The notes beneath the pieces are model-generated. The model did no database searches, had not been told where the DNA came from, and saw nothing but the letters and a program-made list of their open reading frames with translations. Positions 48,637-60,829 of a stretch of DNA of 64,000 bases are shown here, piece by piece. The stretch is from positions 1,922,001 to 1,986,000 of the forward strand of contig CM059432.1 in NCBI GenBank assembly GCA_030390025.1, given 5' to 3'. The first letter of the stretch is position 1. The number at the start of each line of letters is the position of its first letter. This stretch comes from Squalus acanthias (Eukaryota). The position numbers were made by a program, and so were the translations under genes.

Positions 48637-50169
48637 ATAATATAGAAAAATTTGGTGAAAGCAAATATTACATCTTAAAAGTATTTCAGGTACCGGAATG
48701 GTATAGAAGAATTCAGGTGAGACACTGCACTAAAGCTATGGAAAATGAGACTTGCACATACAGGTGGTTCTGCACAAGGTGAATGCTGCGTCTGTGAAGC
48801 ACTGCACAGTATTACTTGGTGCTTTGAGCCATAGCTACAAGGTTACGGACTAGTCCAGGTCAGTGTTCAGTGGATCCATTTCCTCTCTCTCGGCTTCTCA
48901 TGTTAACCTGGTGATTTAGTGCCTTGCATTAAGAGCAATTCACCTGCCTCTAGTGTCTCTCTCGTCTCTTCCCCCCCACCACCCCCAGGGACCGAGGTGG
49001 AGAATAAAAAAGTTCCCCATATGGCGAAGTCAAGCTGCTGCTAGCCTGCTGTGTGCGTGCTGTGGGGATAGCAGCTTCTGAAAAACCCCAGCTGGTAGTT
49101 GGAAGGGATTCGAACATTACTGCACCTCAGTGCCGTCTCTGCTCCCTTTGGCAACTATTGGCTTCCTATAAAAAATCTGTCCACACGACAGCCATTTTCG
49201 GTTCCCCTCATTCCTTCTCTGCCGTTTTCTGTCGCAAATTGAACATTTGGTCTCTCCTTAACCGCAGGATAATCGAAAGCCTCCATCTGCTGTGCTCCCC
49301 GCGGAACTCCGAGAGGTGCAGACTGCGCCACAGCGCAAGCCACAGCAAGGTTCTCACCTGTCTCGCACAGACTGGCGACCAGGAATTTTTTAAAACGCTT
49401 TTTAAAAAAAAAAGGAAGAAAAATAAAATGTCTCAACCTGAACAATTTCCGCGAGGCGGGTGCCTGAGGGTTTATAAACTGGCCGCTATCGGATTGCAGG
49501 GACTGGGGCTTTGGCCTTGGTGTGTTAGGATAGAGCTGACAGCTGCCGTGCTTCCTACACACCTCCGAGCCCTGCTGCTTTTAGCCTGCAGTCAAGAGCG
49601 GCCTCACGATGTATTGCTTAAAGCCGACCTCATGGACCAAGCTTTCCGCCACCTGCCCGGATATCTCCTGACGTGGCTCGGTGTCAGATTCTGTCCGCTA
49701 ACACCGCCATGCTCTCACCCCCCAACTCCCCCTCCCTATCTCTGAAACCTCCTCCAGTCCCCACCACCCTCCCAGATCTCCGCGCTCCTCCAATTCCGGC
49801 CTCTCGCGCATCCCCCCCCCGCCGATTTCCATCGCTCCGCCACAGGCGGCCGTGCCTTCAGCTGCCTAAAACCGGGGATGTGCAAGAGGCCGGGACTGGA
49901 GGAGCGCGGAGATCTCGGAGGGTGGTAGGGACTGGAGGAGCGCGGAGATCTTGGAGGGTGGTAGGGACTGGAGGAGATAGGGGAGGGAAAACCAGGACAT
50001 TCCTTCATAACGCTGGGCGGTGGGCGTTGCCATGTAGGAGCAGCCCCAAGAGTTCCTGGTCTGAAGTTTAACAAGTGGCACCCAATGCTGACTGTAGATA
50101 TTGTACATGCGCACTGGAGAGAGAGAGAGAATTTGACAATTCCAAGATAAAACCAGAAGGTTTACCCTG

Positions 50170-50548
50170 ACTCACCTGCCCTAATTTCTCCTTGTGAGGC
50201 TCGGTGTCAAATTTGTTGTCTTATAATAACTCCTGTGAAGCGCCTTGGGACGTTTTACTAGGTTAAAGGCGCTATATAAATACAAGTTGTTGTTGTCATA
50301 GTCTCAGGATAAGGGGTCGGCCATTTAGGACTGAGATGAGGAGGAATTTCTTCACTCGGAGTGCTGTGGATGCTCAGTCGTTGAGTATATTCAAGGCTGA
50401 GAGATTTTTGGACTCTCGGAGAATCAAGGGATATGGGGATAGTGCAGGAAAGTGGAGTTGAGGTCGAAGTTCAGCCATGATCTTATTGAATGGTGGAGCA
50501 GGCTCGAGGGGCCATGTGGTCGACTCCTGCTCCTAATTCTTATGTTCT
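50170..50548 (+). mobile_element. L2 tail (50170-50295) followed by a CR1 3' end
   Basis: Tail motifs of each family. Confidence 0.85.
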
Positions 50549-50953
50549 AAGGTGCTGGAATGAGATAAAAAATCATTTATGACATTTTGGGTGTGAGCCC
50601 TTGACCAGAATCGGTTCTGAAGAAGGATACGCCACTCAAAACCTCACACCCTGCCTATCCTCACTGCAGGGACTAACTGGCCATCTGTATCTCTCAGGGA
50701 ATTTTATTTAATATTTCAGACTTCCAGCATTTTCATTTTTTTTTTGTGTCCTTATTGCCTGTCTGCCCTCTCTGGTGGAAAAAGGTTCCATGGCACTATT
50801 CGAAGAAGAGCAGGGGAGTTCTACCTGGTGACCTGGGGGCCAATATTTATCCCTCAACCAACATCATTAAAGAAAGAAGCACATTGCTGTTTGTGGGATC
50901 TTGCTGTGTGAAAATTCAGACCAACAAAGGAGTAGCTGCAGGAAGGAAATGAG

Positions 50954-52350
50954 GCAGTGGAGCTGGCACTGGGACAGCAGTGGAGCCGGCACTGGGACAG
51001 CAGTGGAGCCGGCACTGGGACAGCAGTGGAGCCGGCACTGGGACAGCAGTGGAGCCGGCACTGGGACAGCAGTGGAGCCGGCACTGGGACAGCAGTGGAG
51101 CCGGCACTGGGACAGCAGTGGAGCCGGCACTGGGACAGCAGTGGAGCCGGCACTGGGACAGCAGTGGAGCCGGCACAGGGACAGCAGTGGAGCCGGCACT
51201 GGGACAGCAGTGGAGCCGGCACTGGGACAGCAGTGGAGCCGGCACTGGGACAGCAGTGGAGCCGGCACTGGGACAGCAGTGGAGCCGGCACTGGGACAGC
51301 AGTGGAGCCGGCACTGGGACAGCAGTGGAGCCGGCACTGGGACAGCAGTGGAGCCGGCACTGGGACAGCAGTGGAGCCGGCACTGGGACAGCAGTGGAGC
51401 CGGCACTGGGACAGCAGTGGAGCCGGCGCAGGGACAGCAGTGGAGCCGGCGCTGGGACAGCAGTGGAGCCGGCGCAGGGACAGCAGTGGAGCCGGCGCTG
51501 GGACAGCAGTGGAGCCGGCGCTGGGACAGCAGTGGAGCCGGCGCAGGGACAGCAGTGGAGCCGGCACAGGGACAGCAGTGGAGCCGGCGCAGGGACAGCA
51601 GTGGAGCCGGCACTGGGACAGCAGTGGAGCCGGCGCAGGGACAGCAGTGGAGCCGGCGCAGGGACAGCAGTGGAGCCGGCACAGGGACAGCAGTGGAGCC
51701 GGCACAGGGACAGCAGTGGAGCCGGCGCAGGGACAGCAGTGGAGCCGGCGCAGGGACAGCAGTGGAGCCGGCACTGGGACAGCAGTGGAGCCGGCACAGG
51801 GACAGCAGTGGAGCCGGCACTGGGACAGCAGTGGAGCCGGCGCAGGGACAGCAGTGGAGCCGGCTCAGGGACAGCAGTGGAGCCGGCACAGGGACAGCAG
51901 TGGAGCCGGCACAGGGACAGCAGTGGAGCCGGCGCAGGGACAGCAGTGGAGCCGGCGCAGGGACAGCAGTGGAGCCGGCGCTGGGACAGCAGTGGAGCCG
52001 GCACTGGGACAGCAGTGGAGCCGGCACTGGGACAGCAGTGGAGCCGGCGCAGGGACAGCAGTGGAGCCGGCACAGGGACAGCAGTGGAGCCGGCGCAGGG
52101 ACAGCAGTGGAGCCGGCGCAGGGACAGCAGTGGAGCCGGCACTGGGACAGCAGTGGAGCCGGCACTGGGACAGCAGTGGAGCCGGCACTGGGACAGCAGT
52201 GGAGCCGGCACTGGGACAGCAGTGGAGCCGGCACAGGGACAGCAGTGGAGCCGGCGCAGGGACAGCAGTGGAGCCGGCACTGGGACAGCAGTGGAGCCGG
52301 CGCAGGGACAGCAGTGGAGCCGGCACTGGGACAGCAGTGGAGCCGGCGCA
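50954..52350 (+). repeat. 23-bp minisatellite, ~61 units
   Basis: Unit cagcagtggagccggcRcWggga. Confidence 0.97.
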
Positions 52351-53949
52351 AGGAACAGCCGATATACTTCTAAGTCAGGGTGGTGTGTGACTTGGAGGGG
52401 AACTTGGAGGTGGTGGTGTTCCCATGCGCCTGCTGCCCTTGTCCTTTTTTAAGCTGGATAAGCACATGAGGGAGAAAGGAATAGAAGGATATGCTGATAG
52501 GCTGAGATGTAGTAGGGTGGGAGGAGGCTGGTGTGGAGCAGTTGGGCCGAATGGCCTGTTTCAGTGCTGTCCATTGTATGTAATCATAGAATGATACAGC
52601 GTAGGAGGCCATTCGGCCCATTGTGCAACAGCACAATTGAAATCATTTTAAGTTTAGTATTGAACCCAAACACTAGTATCCCTGTTCAACTATAAACAAA
52701 TCGCCTGAAGTTCGAGACCGATTAACTGTCCCTCCTTATCAGCCCCCTGTTTTTACGTTGAGGCCCAATCACCAGCTACCGACCGGCACTGAGGAGATTG
52801 ATTCTTAATTCTGCTTTCCATATATTACTGCGTTACTTCCAGCTGCCATTAGAAATGAATTGCAGTCGTTTGTCCTTGAATGGTCATTAAATATTCCATT
52901 ACCATTACGGTATTCGTAGGTAAAAGCTATTTGTGAAGGATTTATGTTAGTTTGCGGCACCCGAATTTAAATATTCGCTCATTCAAGGAGTTGTCCTCAC
53001 AAAATTGAAGAGGACTACAGTAATTGAACAATAATGGATGAAAATGTACGTGGAAAAAAAAGCGTGCTTAGATAAGTAGCTTTATAAAAGTCTAAAGCAT
53101 GCATTTTCATGAATTGCTGTGTGCTCTGGCTAATATAGAAGGCAATATCTTGTGTTAATACACACTGGTTCTTTTTCTCTGTCTGAAAGATTGGGATATG
53201 GAGGCAATAACCAGCTCCGCAGGGTGGTTGTGCGATTTACTAATTACCCGACGCAGACAAATGCCAAAGTCCGGAGATTATGCTGAGTACAGAATCCCTG
53301 TGGTGGGCAACATCAGTGATCTGCTTCCCCCACCTTTCACCTTCCAGGGAAAAACCAGAAACAACACCATTGAGTCCGTGCCTCCAGCACCCGCTGCACC
53401 CCCCCCCCGCCCCACCCACCCCCCAACGCTCTCTCTCTTCCCCCCTTTCCCCCCTTTTTTTCATCGGGGAAGGGGACGGTGAGTTACTCTTCCTTCGGGA
53501 AGTGGCTGCCCATTTCCCCTTGTCCTCGAGTCAACGGGAGGTCCATCGGCCTGGCAACAAGGCGGTTTTATGTCAACATCTTCGTCCTCCCGCCCGAATT
53601 GCGAAAGGAAAGGGAGGGAGAGAGAGAGAGAGTGTGGGCCAGAAACACTCCTGCTGAGAGCTGGATAACCCATCGCACTTGTGACCTGGCAGCTTCTGCT
53701 GCAAGAACAAGCTGGGCCTCAGACTGACGGCAACACAATATCCGAAGCAACCCTCTTAATTGCCGTGCTGTTGGGATTCGGTGCGAGAGAGCACAGTTAC
53801 ACAGCGCAACACTGATTACATTTAAAAAAAAAATGGCAATGGATTACATTCTCCCCCAGTGTTCGGAAAGGTGCATGAAGATGTTAAAACAGCTTCTGAT
53901 GCCTTGTCTCTTTTTGCTCCTAGGAAACTATGGGCAATTCGAAGCAGTT

Positions 53950-55610
53950 ATTGAAGTTTTCTGGATATTAAGAGGAATGGATAGGGTAGATGGAGAGAAA
54001 CTATTTCCGCTGGTTGGGGATTCTAGGACTAGGGGGCAGAGTCTAAAAATTAGAGCCAGACCTTTCAGGAGTGAAATTAGGAAACACATCTACAGGTTGA
54101 TGCTGAGAGGTTGTTTCCCCCTGGCTGGAGAGTCTAGAACTAGGAGGCATAGTCTCAGGATAAGGGGTCGGCCATTTAGGACTGAGATGAGGAGGAATTT
54201 CTTCACTCAGAGGGTTGTGAATCTTTGGAATTCTCTACCCCAGAGGGCTGTGGATGCTCAGTCGTTGAGAATATTCAACGCTGAGATGGATAGATTCTTG
54301 GACTCTAGGGGAATCAAGGGATATGGAGATCGGGCGGGAGTGGAGTTGAGGTCGAAGATCAGCCATGATCTTATTGAATGGCGGAGCAGGCTCGAGGGGC
54401 CATGTGGCCAACTCCTGCTCCTCATTCTTATGTTCTTATTACCACCCATCCTAGGTTATATTTTCCTCTCCGTCTGTTAAAGTTGGTGGAAAAATTCATC
54501 CTGACTTGGAAATATATCGGCCGATCCTTCATTGTCGCTGGGTCACAATCCTGGAACCCCCTCCCTAACAGCACTGTGGGAGCACCTTCACCACACGGAC
54601 TGCAGCGGGACAAGGCGGCGGCTCACCACCACCTTCTCAGGGGGCAACTAGGGATGGGCAATAAATGCCGGCCTTGCCAGCAACGCCCACAACCCCATGA
54701 ACGAATAAAAAACAGTCAGTGTGAGTAACTTGCCGGAGGGGGTGGGGGAGTCCTCGCATTATATTCACATAACCTATTTTGGTTAATGTCGGTGATTGGA
54801 GGAGATATTACTGAATGTCAATGAGAGCTGACCAAGTCGTTTCCGCGTCACCTGCCCCGTCGGGAGGGAGTTCAACATTGAGGTGAGGGAGAGAAATCAC
54901 ATCTCGTGGACTTGTTTGAAGTAGAGCAGCAGCACTACATAGAATGTACAGCACAGAAACAGGCCATTCGGCCCAACTGGTCAATGCTGGTGTTTATTCT
55001 CCACACCAGCCTCCTCCCACCCCACTTCATCCAGATAGATAGATTTCTAGACACAAAAGGCATCAAGGGGTATGGGGAGAGAGCGGGAATATGGTATTGA
55101 GATGGAGGATCAGCCATGATCTCATTGAATGGCGGAGCAGGCTCGAAGGACCAAATGGCCGACTCCTGCTCCTATTTTTCTATGTTTTCTATCTCACCCC
55201 ATCAGCATATCCTTCTATTCCTTTCTCCCTCATGTGCTTATCCAGCTTCCCCTTAAATCCATCTACGTTATTCGCCTCAACCCCTCCCTGTGGTAGCGAG
55301 TTCCACATTCTCGCCACTCTCTGGGTAAAGAAGTTTCTCCTGAATTCCCTATTGGATTTATTATATTTATGATCCCTAGTTCTGGTCTCCCCCACAAGCA
55401 TTTTCTCTACGTCTACCCTATCGAACCCTCTTCATAATTTTAAAGACCTCTATCAGGCCACACCTCAGTCTTCTCTGTTCTAGAGAAAAGAGCCCCGGCC
55501 TGTTCAGCCTTTCCTGATAGTTATAGCCTCTCAGTTTTGGTATCATCCTTGTAAATCTTTTTTGCACCTCCTCCACATATCCTCTTTTGTGATATATAGA
55601 GACCAGAACT
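53950..55610. mobile_element. Cluster of CR1 3' fragments (53950-54440 +; 54938-55610 - with nested + tail 55035-55190) and LINE-X (54497-54705 +)
   Basis: C-terminal motifs and tails as above. Confidence 0.82.
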
Positions 55611-56094
55611 GTATACGGTTGAGGTTAACACACAAAAGAATGGGCCAGTGGGCTAGTGTGGTCTAACCAAGGTTCCAGACAAGCTTCCCCCAGAAGTGAT
55701 TGACGCTTTCTGGAGCACCGGGCTAACACACTGTCCCTTTCACCTCTGTGTTAAATCCAGCACAGGTGGAGGCAATGAAAGATGACTAATTATTGTCATT
55801 TTTCTTGCTTTAAACTGCTTTATGGTTTCCAATTAAAATGCAGATTGGACTATGCTGGGCAGGGGCATAGCTGCAAATGGCAACCCCTCCTCCTGCTCCT
55901 CCCTCAGTGACGCTCGGGCTCTAAGAGGGAGGGATATAAGAGGATGCGAGCAGCCTCTTGTCCTGTTTGTGGACTTGGGCAGTTTTGGAGAATGGCAGAA
56001 AATATCGTTTAAGTTCAATTAAAAACGATTGGGATCTAATTCCGCCAGAAGTTGGAGGTGGTTGACTTGTAAGATGAAATGGAGGCTTTCGGGA

Positions 56095-56552
56095 GTCAGC
56101 CGTGTCTCAGTGGGTAGCCCCCTCGCCTCTGAGTCAGAAGGTTGTGGGTTCAAGCCCCACTCCAGAGACTTGAGCACAAAAATCCAGGCTGACACTCCCA
56201 GTGCAGTGCTGAGGGAGTGCTGCACTGTCCGAGGTGCCGTCTTTCGGATGAGACGTTAAACCGAGGCCCCGTCTGCTCTCTCAGGTGGACATAAAAGATC
56301 CCACGGCCACTATTTTGAAGCAGAGCAGGTGAGTTATCCCCCGGTGTTTATCCCTCAACCAACCTCACTGAAACAGATGATCTGGTCATTTATCACATTG
56401 CTGTTTGTGGGATCTTGCTGTGTGCAAATTGGCCGCCGCATTTCCTACATTGCAACAGTGACTACACTTCAAAAAGTACTTCATTGGGTGTAACGCGCTT
56501 TGGGGCGTCCTGAGGTGGTGAAAGATGCTGTATAAGCGCAAGTCATTCTTTC
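56095..56552 (+). mobile_element. Full-length Deu-SINE
   Basis: tRNA-like head (B box ggttcaagccc), Deu core, tail. Confidence 0.9.
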
Positions 56553-56554
56553 TA

Positions 56555-57155
56555 AAGGGAAGTTCTGCTACAGCTACACAAAGCCCTGGTTAAGCCACAT
56601 CTGGAGCACTGTGTACAGCTGTGGCCACCCCACCTCAGAAAGGATATATTGGCCTCGGAGGGAGTGCAGCGCAGATTCACCAGAATGTTACCAGGGCTCC
56701 AAGGTTTAGATTATGAGGAGAGATTACACAAACTCGGCTTGTATTCCCTGGAATATAGCAGGCTACGGGGTGATTTGATTGAGCTCTTTTCGGATTTTGA
56801 AAGGAATGGATAGGGTAGATGGAGAGAGACTTGTTCTGCTGGTGGGGGGAGTCTAGGACAAGAGGGCATCACCTTAAAATCAGGGCCTGGCCATTCAGGA
56901 GAGAAGTTAGGGAAACACTTCTTCACACAAAGGGTGGTAGAAGTGAGGAACTCTCTCCCACAAAAAGCAGTCGATGCTGGGGCTCAATTAATAATTTTAA
57001 GTCTGAGATCGATAGATTTTTGCTAGACAAGGGTATTAAAGGATATGGAGCCAAGCGGGGTGGATGGAGTTAAGATACAGATCAGCCGTGATTTAATTGA
57101 ATGGCGCAAAAGGCTCGAGGGTCTGAATGGCCTCCTTCCTGTTCCTGTGTTCCTA
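56555..57155 (+). mobile_element. CR1 LINE 3' fragment
   Basis: gccacatctggagcactgtgtacag (PHLEHCVQ); tail cctgttcctgtgttcct. Confidence 0.88.
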
Positions 57156-57479
57156 TTGATCCTTATAATATAAATCAAACAGTAATTCACTGCTCTCTAA
57201 ATCATCAACGTTGCCAGGGAGGCAGGGGGGGGGGCGGGGGCGGGAGCGCGGTGGATTATAAAATTTACTGAGGGCCTAGACAGCAGGAAACGTGAATGAT
57301 TTTCAGCTCTGAGTAATGAAGGGTCACAGTAATACAGAGTCAGGCAAGAGGAATTGAAATCAGCACAAAGAAATATGGAGCTCAGTTCCATTTCTTCCTG
57401 CTGATTCTTGATTTCTAGAGCTTGTAAGATATTCCCCACTGTCCCTGCCCCACTTCACTTGAAGTTACTGTCCTTTTAC

Positions 57480-58660
57480 ATCGGATTACACAGGATATAC
57501 GGCACAGAAACAGGCCATTCGGCCCAACCAGTCCATGCCGGCGTTTATGCTCCACTCGAGCCTCCTCCCGTCTTTCCTCAACTAAATCTATCAGCGTAAC
57601 CCTCTATTCCCTTCTCCCTCATGTGCTTGTCCAGCCTCCCCTTAAATGCATCTATACTGTTCGCCTCAACCACTCCCTGTGGTAGCGAGTTCCACATTCT
57701 CACCGCTCTCTGGGTAAAGAAGTTTCTCCTGAATTCCCTATTGGATTTCTTGGTGACTATCTTATATTGATGGCCTCTAGTTTTGCTCTTCCCCACAAGT
57801 GGAAACACTCTCTGTATCCACCCTATCAAAACCTTTCATAATTTTAAAGACCTCTATTGGGTCGCCCCCTCAGCCTTCTTTTTTCAGGAGAAAAGAGACC
57901 CAGCCTGTTCAGTCTTTCCTGATAGTTATAGCCTCTCAATTCTCGTATCATCCTTGTAAATCATTTTTTGTACCCTGTCCAGTGCCTCTATGTCCTTTTT
58001 ATAATATGGCGACCAGAACTGTACACAGTTGATGTCTAGTTCCATAGTCACTGATGGTGCCCTGCAGCCTCCCCCAATGGCCATTCTTTCATGTTTGAAC
58101 CTCAACTCAACTCTAATTGAAAGAGCTCTCCAATTAATCTCATCCCCCCCCTGCTCTTTCCCCACAGCCCTGAAAATTTCCCCCCTTTTTCCCCTTCAAG
58201 TATTTATCCAATCCCCTTTTGAAAGTTACTATTGAATCTGCTTCCACGGCAGCGCATTCCAGATCACAACAACTCGCTGCGTAAAAAAAATTCTCCTCCT
58301 CTCCCCCTCTGGTTCTTTTGCCAATTATCTCCAATCTGTGTCCTCTGGTTACCGACCCTCCTGCCAGTGGAAACAATCTCTCCCTATTTACTCTACCAAA
58401 ACCCTTCATAATTTAGAACACCTTGATTAAATCTCCCCTAAACCTTCTCTGCTCCAAGGAGAACAATCCCAGCTTCTCCAGTCTCTCCACGTAACTGAAG
58501 TCCCTCATCCCTGGTACCATCCTGGTACCATCCTGGTAAACCTCCTCTGCACCCTCTCCAGGGTCTTAACATCCTTCCTAAAGTGCGGTGCCCAGAATTG
58601 GACACAATACTCCAGCTGGGGCTTAACTTGTGTTTTATAAAGTTTTAGCATAACTTCCTT
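57480..58660 (-). mobile_element. Two CR1 3' fragments (57480-58030; 58115-58660)
   Basis: ORFs 57578-57829, 58140-58409 and 58505-58687 (-). Confidence 0.88.
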
Positions 58661-59086
58661 GCTAAACTGCATTTTGTGGGGCGTCACGTCACGTCACATA
58701 TTATTGCTGTTAGGAGTTACTCAGTCCACCTACTTGCAGTACCATCATCTACAAACCATTCCCAAGAGTCTGCTGATCTGATACTCGATGTTTCCACGCT
58801 CACCATTTCCTGATAACACGGCACAATTCAGGAGCAACAGAGGAAACTGGGAAGCCCAATGCTGCACCACCTGTTTGTTCATTGTTGGAGGTGAAATGTG
58901 TCATTGTCGGGCCCAGATGTGTCACCAACAACAGGATTTTTGTCACATCTGTTCCAGATGTGTCATTCTGCACAGTTTTGTTAAGGAGATGCTGAGTGTT
59001 GCTTCCTGCAATGTTCACTCACAATGAAGCCATATTGAAGGGAAGCAATATTTCATCATTCTTTAGTTTCAATTCCATTAGTGTCA

Positions 59087-59597
59087 AAGACGTGAAGGCT
59101 TTGGAGAGGGTGCAGAGGAGATTTACTGGAATGGTTCCAGGGATGAGGGACTTCAGTTACGTGGAGAGACTGGAGAAGCTGGGGTTGTTCTCCTTGGAGC
59201 AGAGAAGGTTAAGAGGAGATTTTATAGAAGTGTTTAAAGTCATGAAGGGTTTAGACAGTGTAGATAGAGAGAAACTGTTCCCATTGGCGGAAGGGTCGAG
59301 AACCAGAGGACACAGATTTAAGGTAACTGGCAAAAGAACCAAAGACGACATGAGGAAAAACTGTTTTACGCAACGAGTGGTTAGGATTTGGAATGCGCTG
59401 CCTGATAGGGTGGTGGATACAGATTCAATAGTTGCCTTCAAAAGGGAATTGGATAAATACTTGGAGGAGAAAAATTGCAGGTATATGGGGAAAGAGCGGG
59501 GGAGTGGGACTAACTGGATAGCTCTTCGAAAGAGCCGGCACAGACTCGATGGGCCGAATGGCCTCCTTCTGTGCTGTACTATTCTATGATTCTATGA
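59087..59597 (+). mobile_element. CR1 LINE 3' fragment
   Basis: KDVKALERVQRRFT..WNALP; tail ttctatgattctatga. Confidence 0.9.
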
Positions 59598-59675
59598 TTA
59601 AATTCCTTTATGTTGCATCTAGGAATGCATCAGTTTTGTTTTGCATGTGTATACCATGCTTGTCAGTTTCTGATG

Positions 59676-60207
59676 GGGCACTGTCACCCACGAACCCCAC
59701 ACCCCAGGACAGGGCACTGTCACCCACGAACCCCACACCCCAGCACAGGGCACTGCCCCCCAGGGACCCCAGCACAGGGCACTGCCCCCCAGGGACCCCA
59801 GCACAGGGCACTGCCCCCCAGGGACCCCAGCACAGGGCACTGCCCCCCAGGGACCCCAGCACAGGGCACTGCCCCCCAGGGACCCCAGCACAGGGCACTG
59901 CCCCCCAGGGACCCCAGCACAGGGCACTGCCCCCCAGGGACCCCAGCACAGGGCACTGCCCCCCAGGGACCCCAGCACAGGGCACTGCCCCCCAGGGACC
60001 CCAGCACAGGGCACTGCCCCCCAGGGACCCCAGCACAGGGCACTGCCCCCCAGGGACCCCAGCACAGGGCACTGCCCCCCAGGGACCCCAGCACAGGGCA
60101 CTGCCCCCCAGGGACCCCAGCACAGGGCCCTGCCCCCCAGGGACCCCAGCACAGGGCACTGCCCCCCAGGGACCCCAGCACAGGGCACTGCCCCCCAGGG
60201 ACCCCAG
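59676..60207 (+). repeat. 29-bp minisatellite (~16 units) preceded by two related 36-bp units
   Basis: Unit gggcactgccccccagggaccccagcaca; leading units gggcactgtcacccacgaaccccacaccccagsaca. Confidence 0.96.
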
Positions 60208-60829
60208 TCCGTCACTGCTTGCCGCAGGAAAGTTGAGGAGAAAAAAGGGGAAAAAGGAATATGAATTAAAAAATCATATTTTATGCTTAGAGATTTATTA
60301 CGATAAAAAGGATTAATTTGCGGGTTAAAATGTCAGCCCTTTCTATCCCTTTAAAATCTCGTTACATTTTGCATATTCCGTTTCCCTTTTCCATTATTAT
60401 TGAGATCGTAAAGGAGCTTCCAGTCACTGGCTGATCATTTTGTCATCAAATTATATTACCTTTATACTCCCTTCCTCCCGCCGGTATTAAAAAAAAAACT
60501 GCTCTAATCCTGAAAAACTGCACAAGAAACACTTTGCAGTCCACAAGATGCTGGAAATGTCACAGCAAGTCAGCTATACAGCAGTAAATAAACACCAGTG
60601 CCCAACTAACAACCAATTATTTTTGCAAGGCGCCTCACCTAGAACTGACAACATTCCACACAAGTGGTTTCTGGAAGTGGAGTCAGAGTGGCAGGGCTGG
60701 CAACTGATCTTGACAGGAGTGGGACCGGGTATGAATGACTGCCTTGCCCAGGAATGGTAGGTACGCTGCCCACCCAAACATAGGAAGCTGCACGAACACA
60801 GACCCGATATCATCGTTCAGACGGCACCT

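Noticed and set aside
47931..48782. Cys/Val-rich and His/Thr-rich ORFs
   Set aside because: CA microsatellite fused to a CR1 fragment.
50854..52452. 450-490 aa ORFs in several frames, and a possible CRISPR-like array
   Set aside because: Stop-free 23-bp tandem repeat open on both strands; no unique spacers or cas genes; eukaryotic context.
53180..53482. Possible exon or 94-aa ORF
   Set aside because: Runs into low-complexity C tracts; no recognisable domain.
59549..60316. Collagen-like Gly/Pro ORFs
   Set aside because: 29-bp repeat, not a multiple of 3; no sustained Gly-X-Y.
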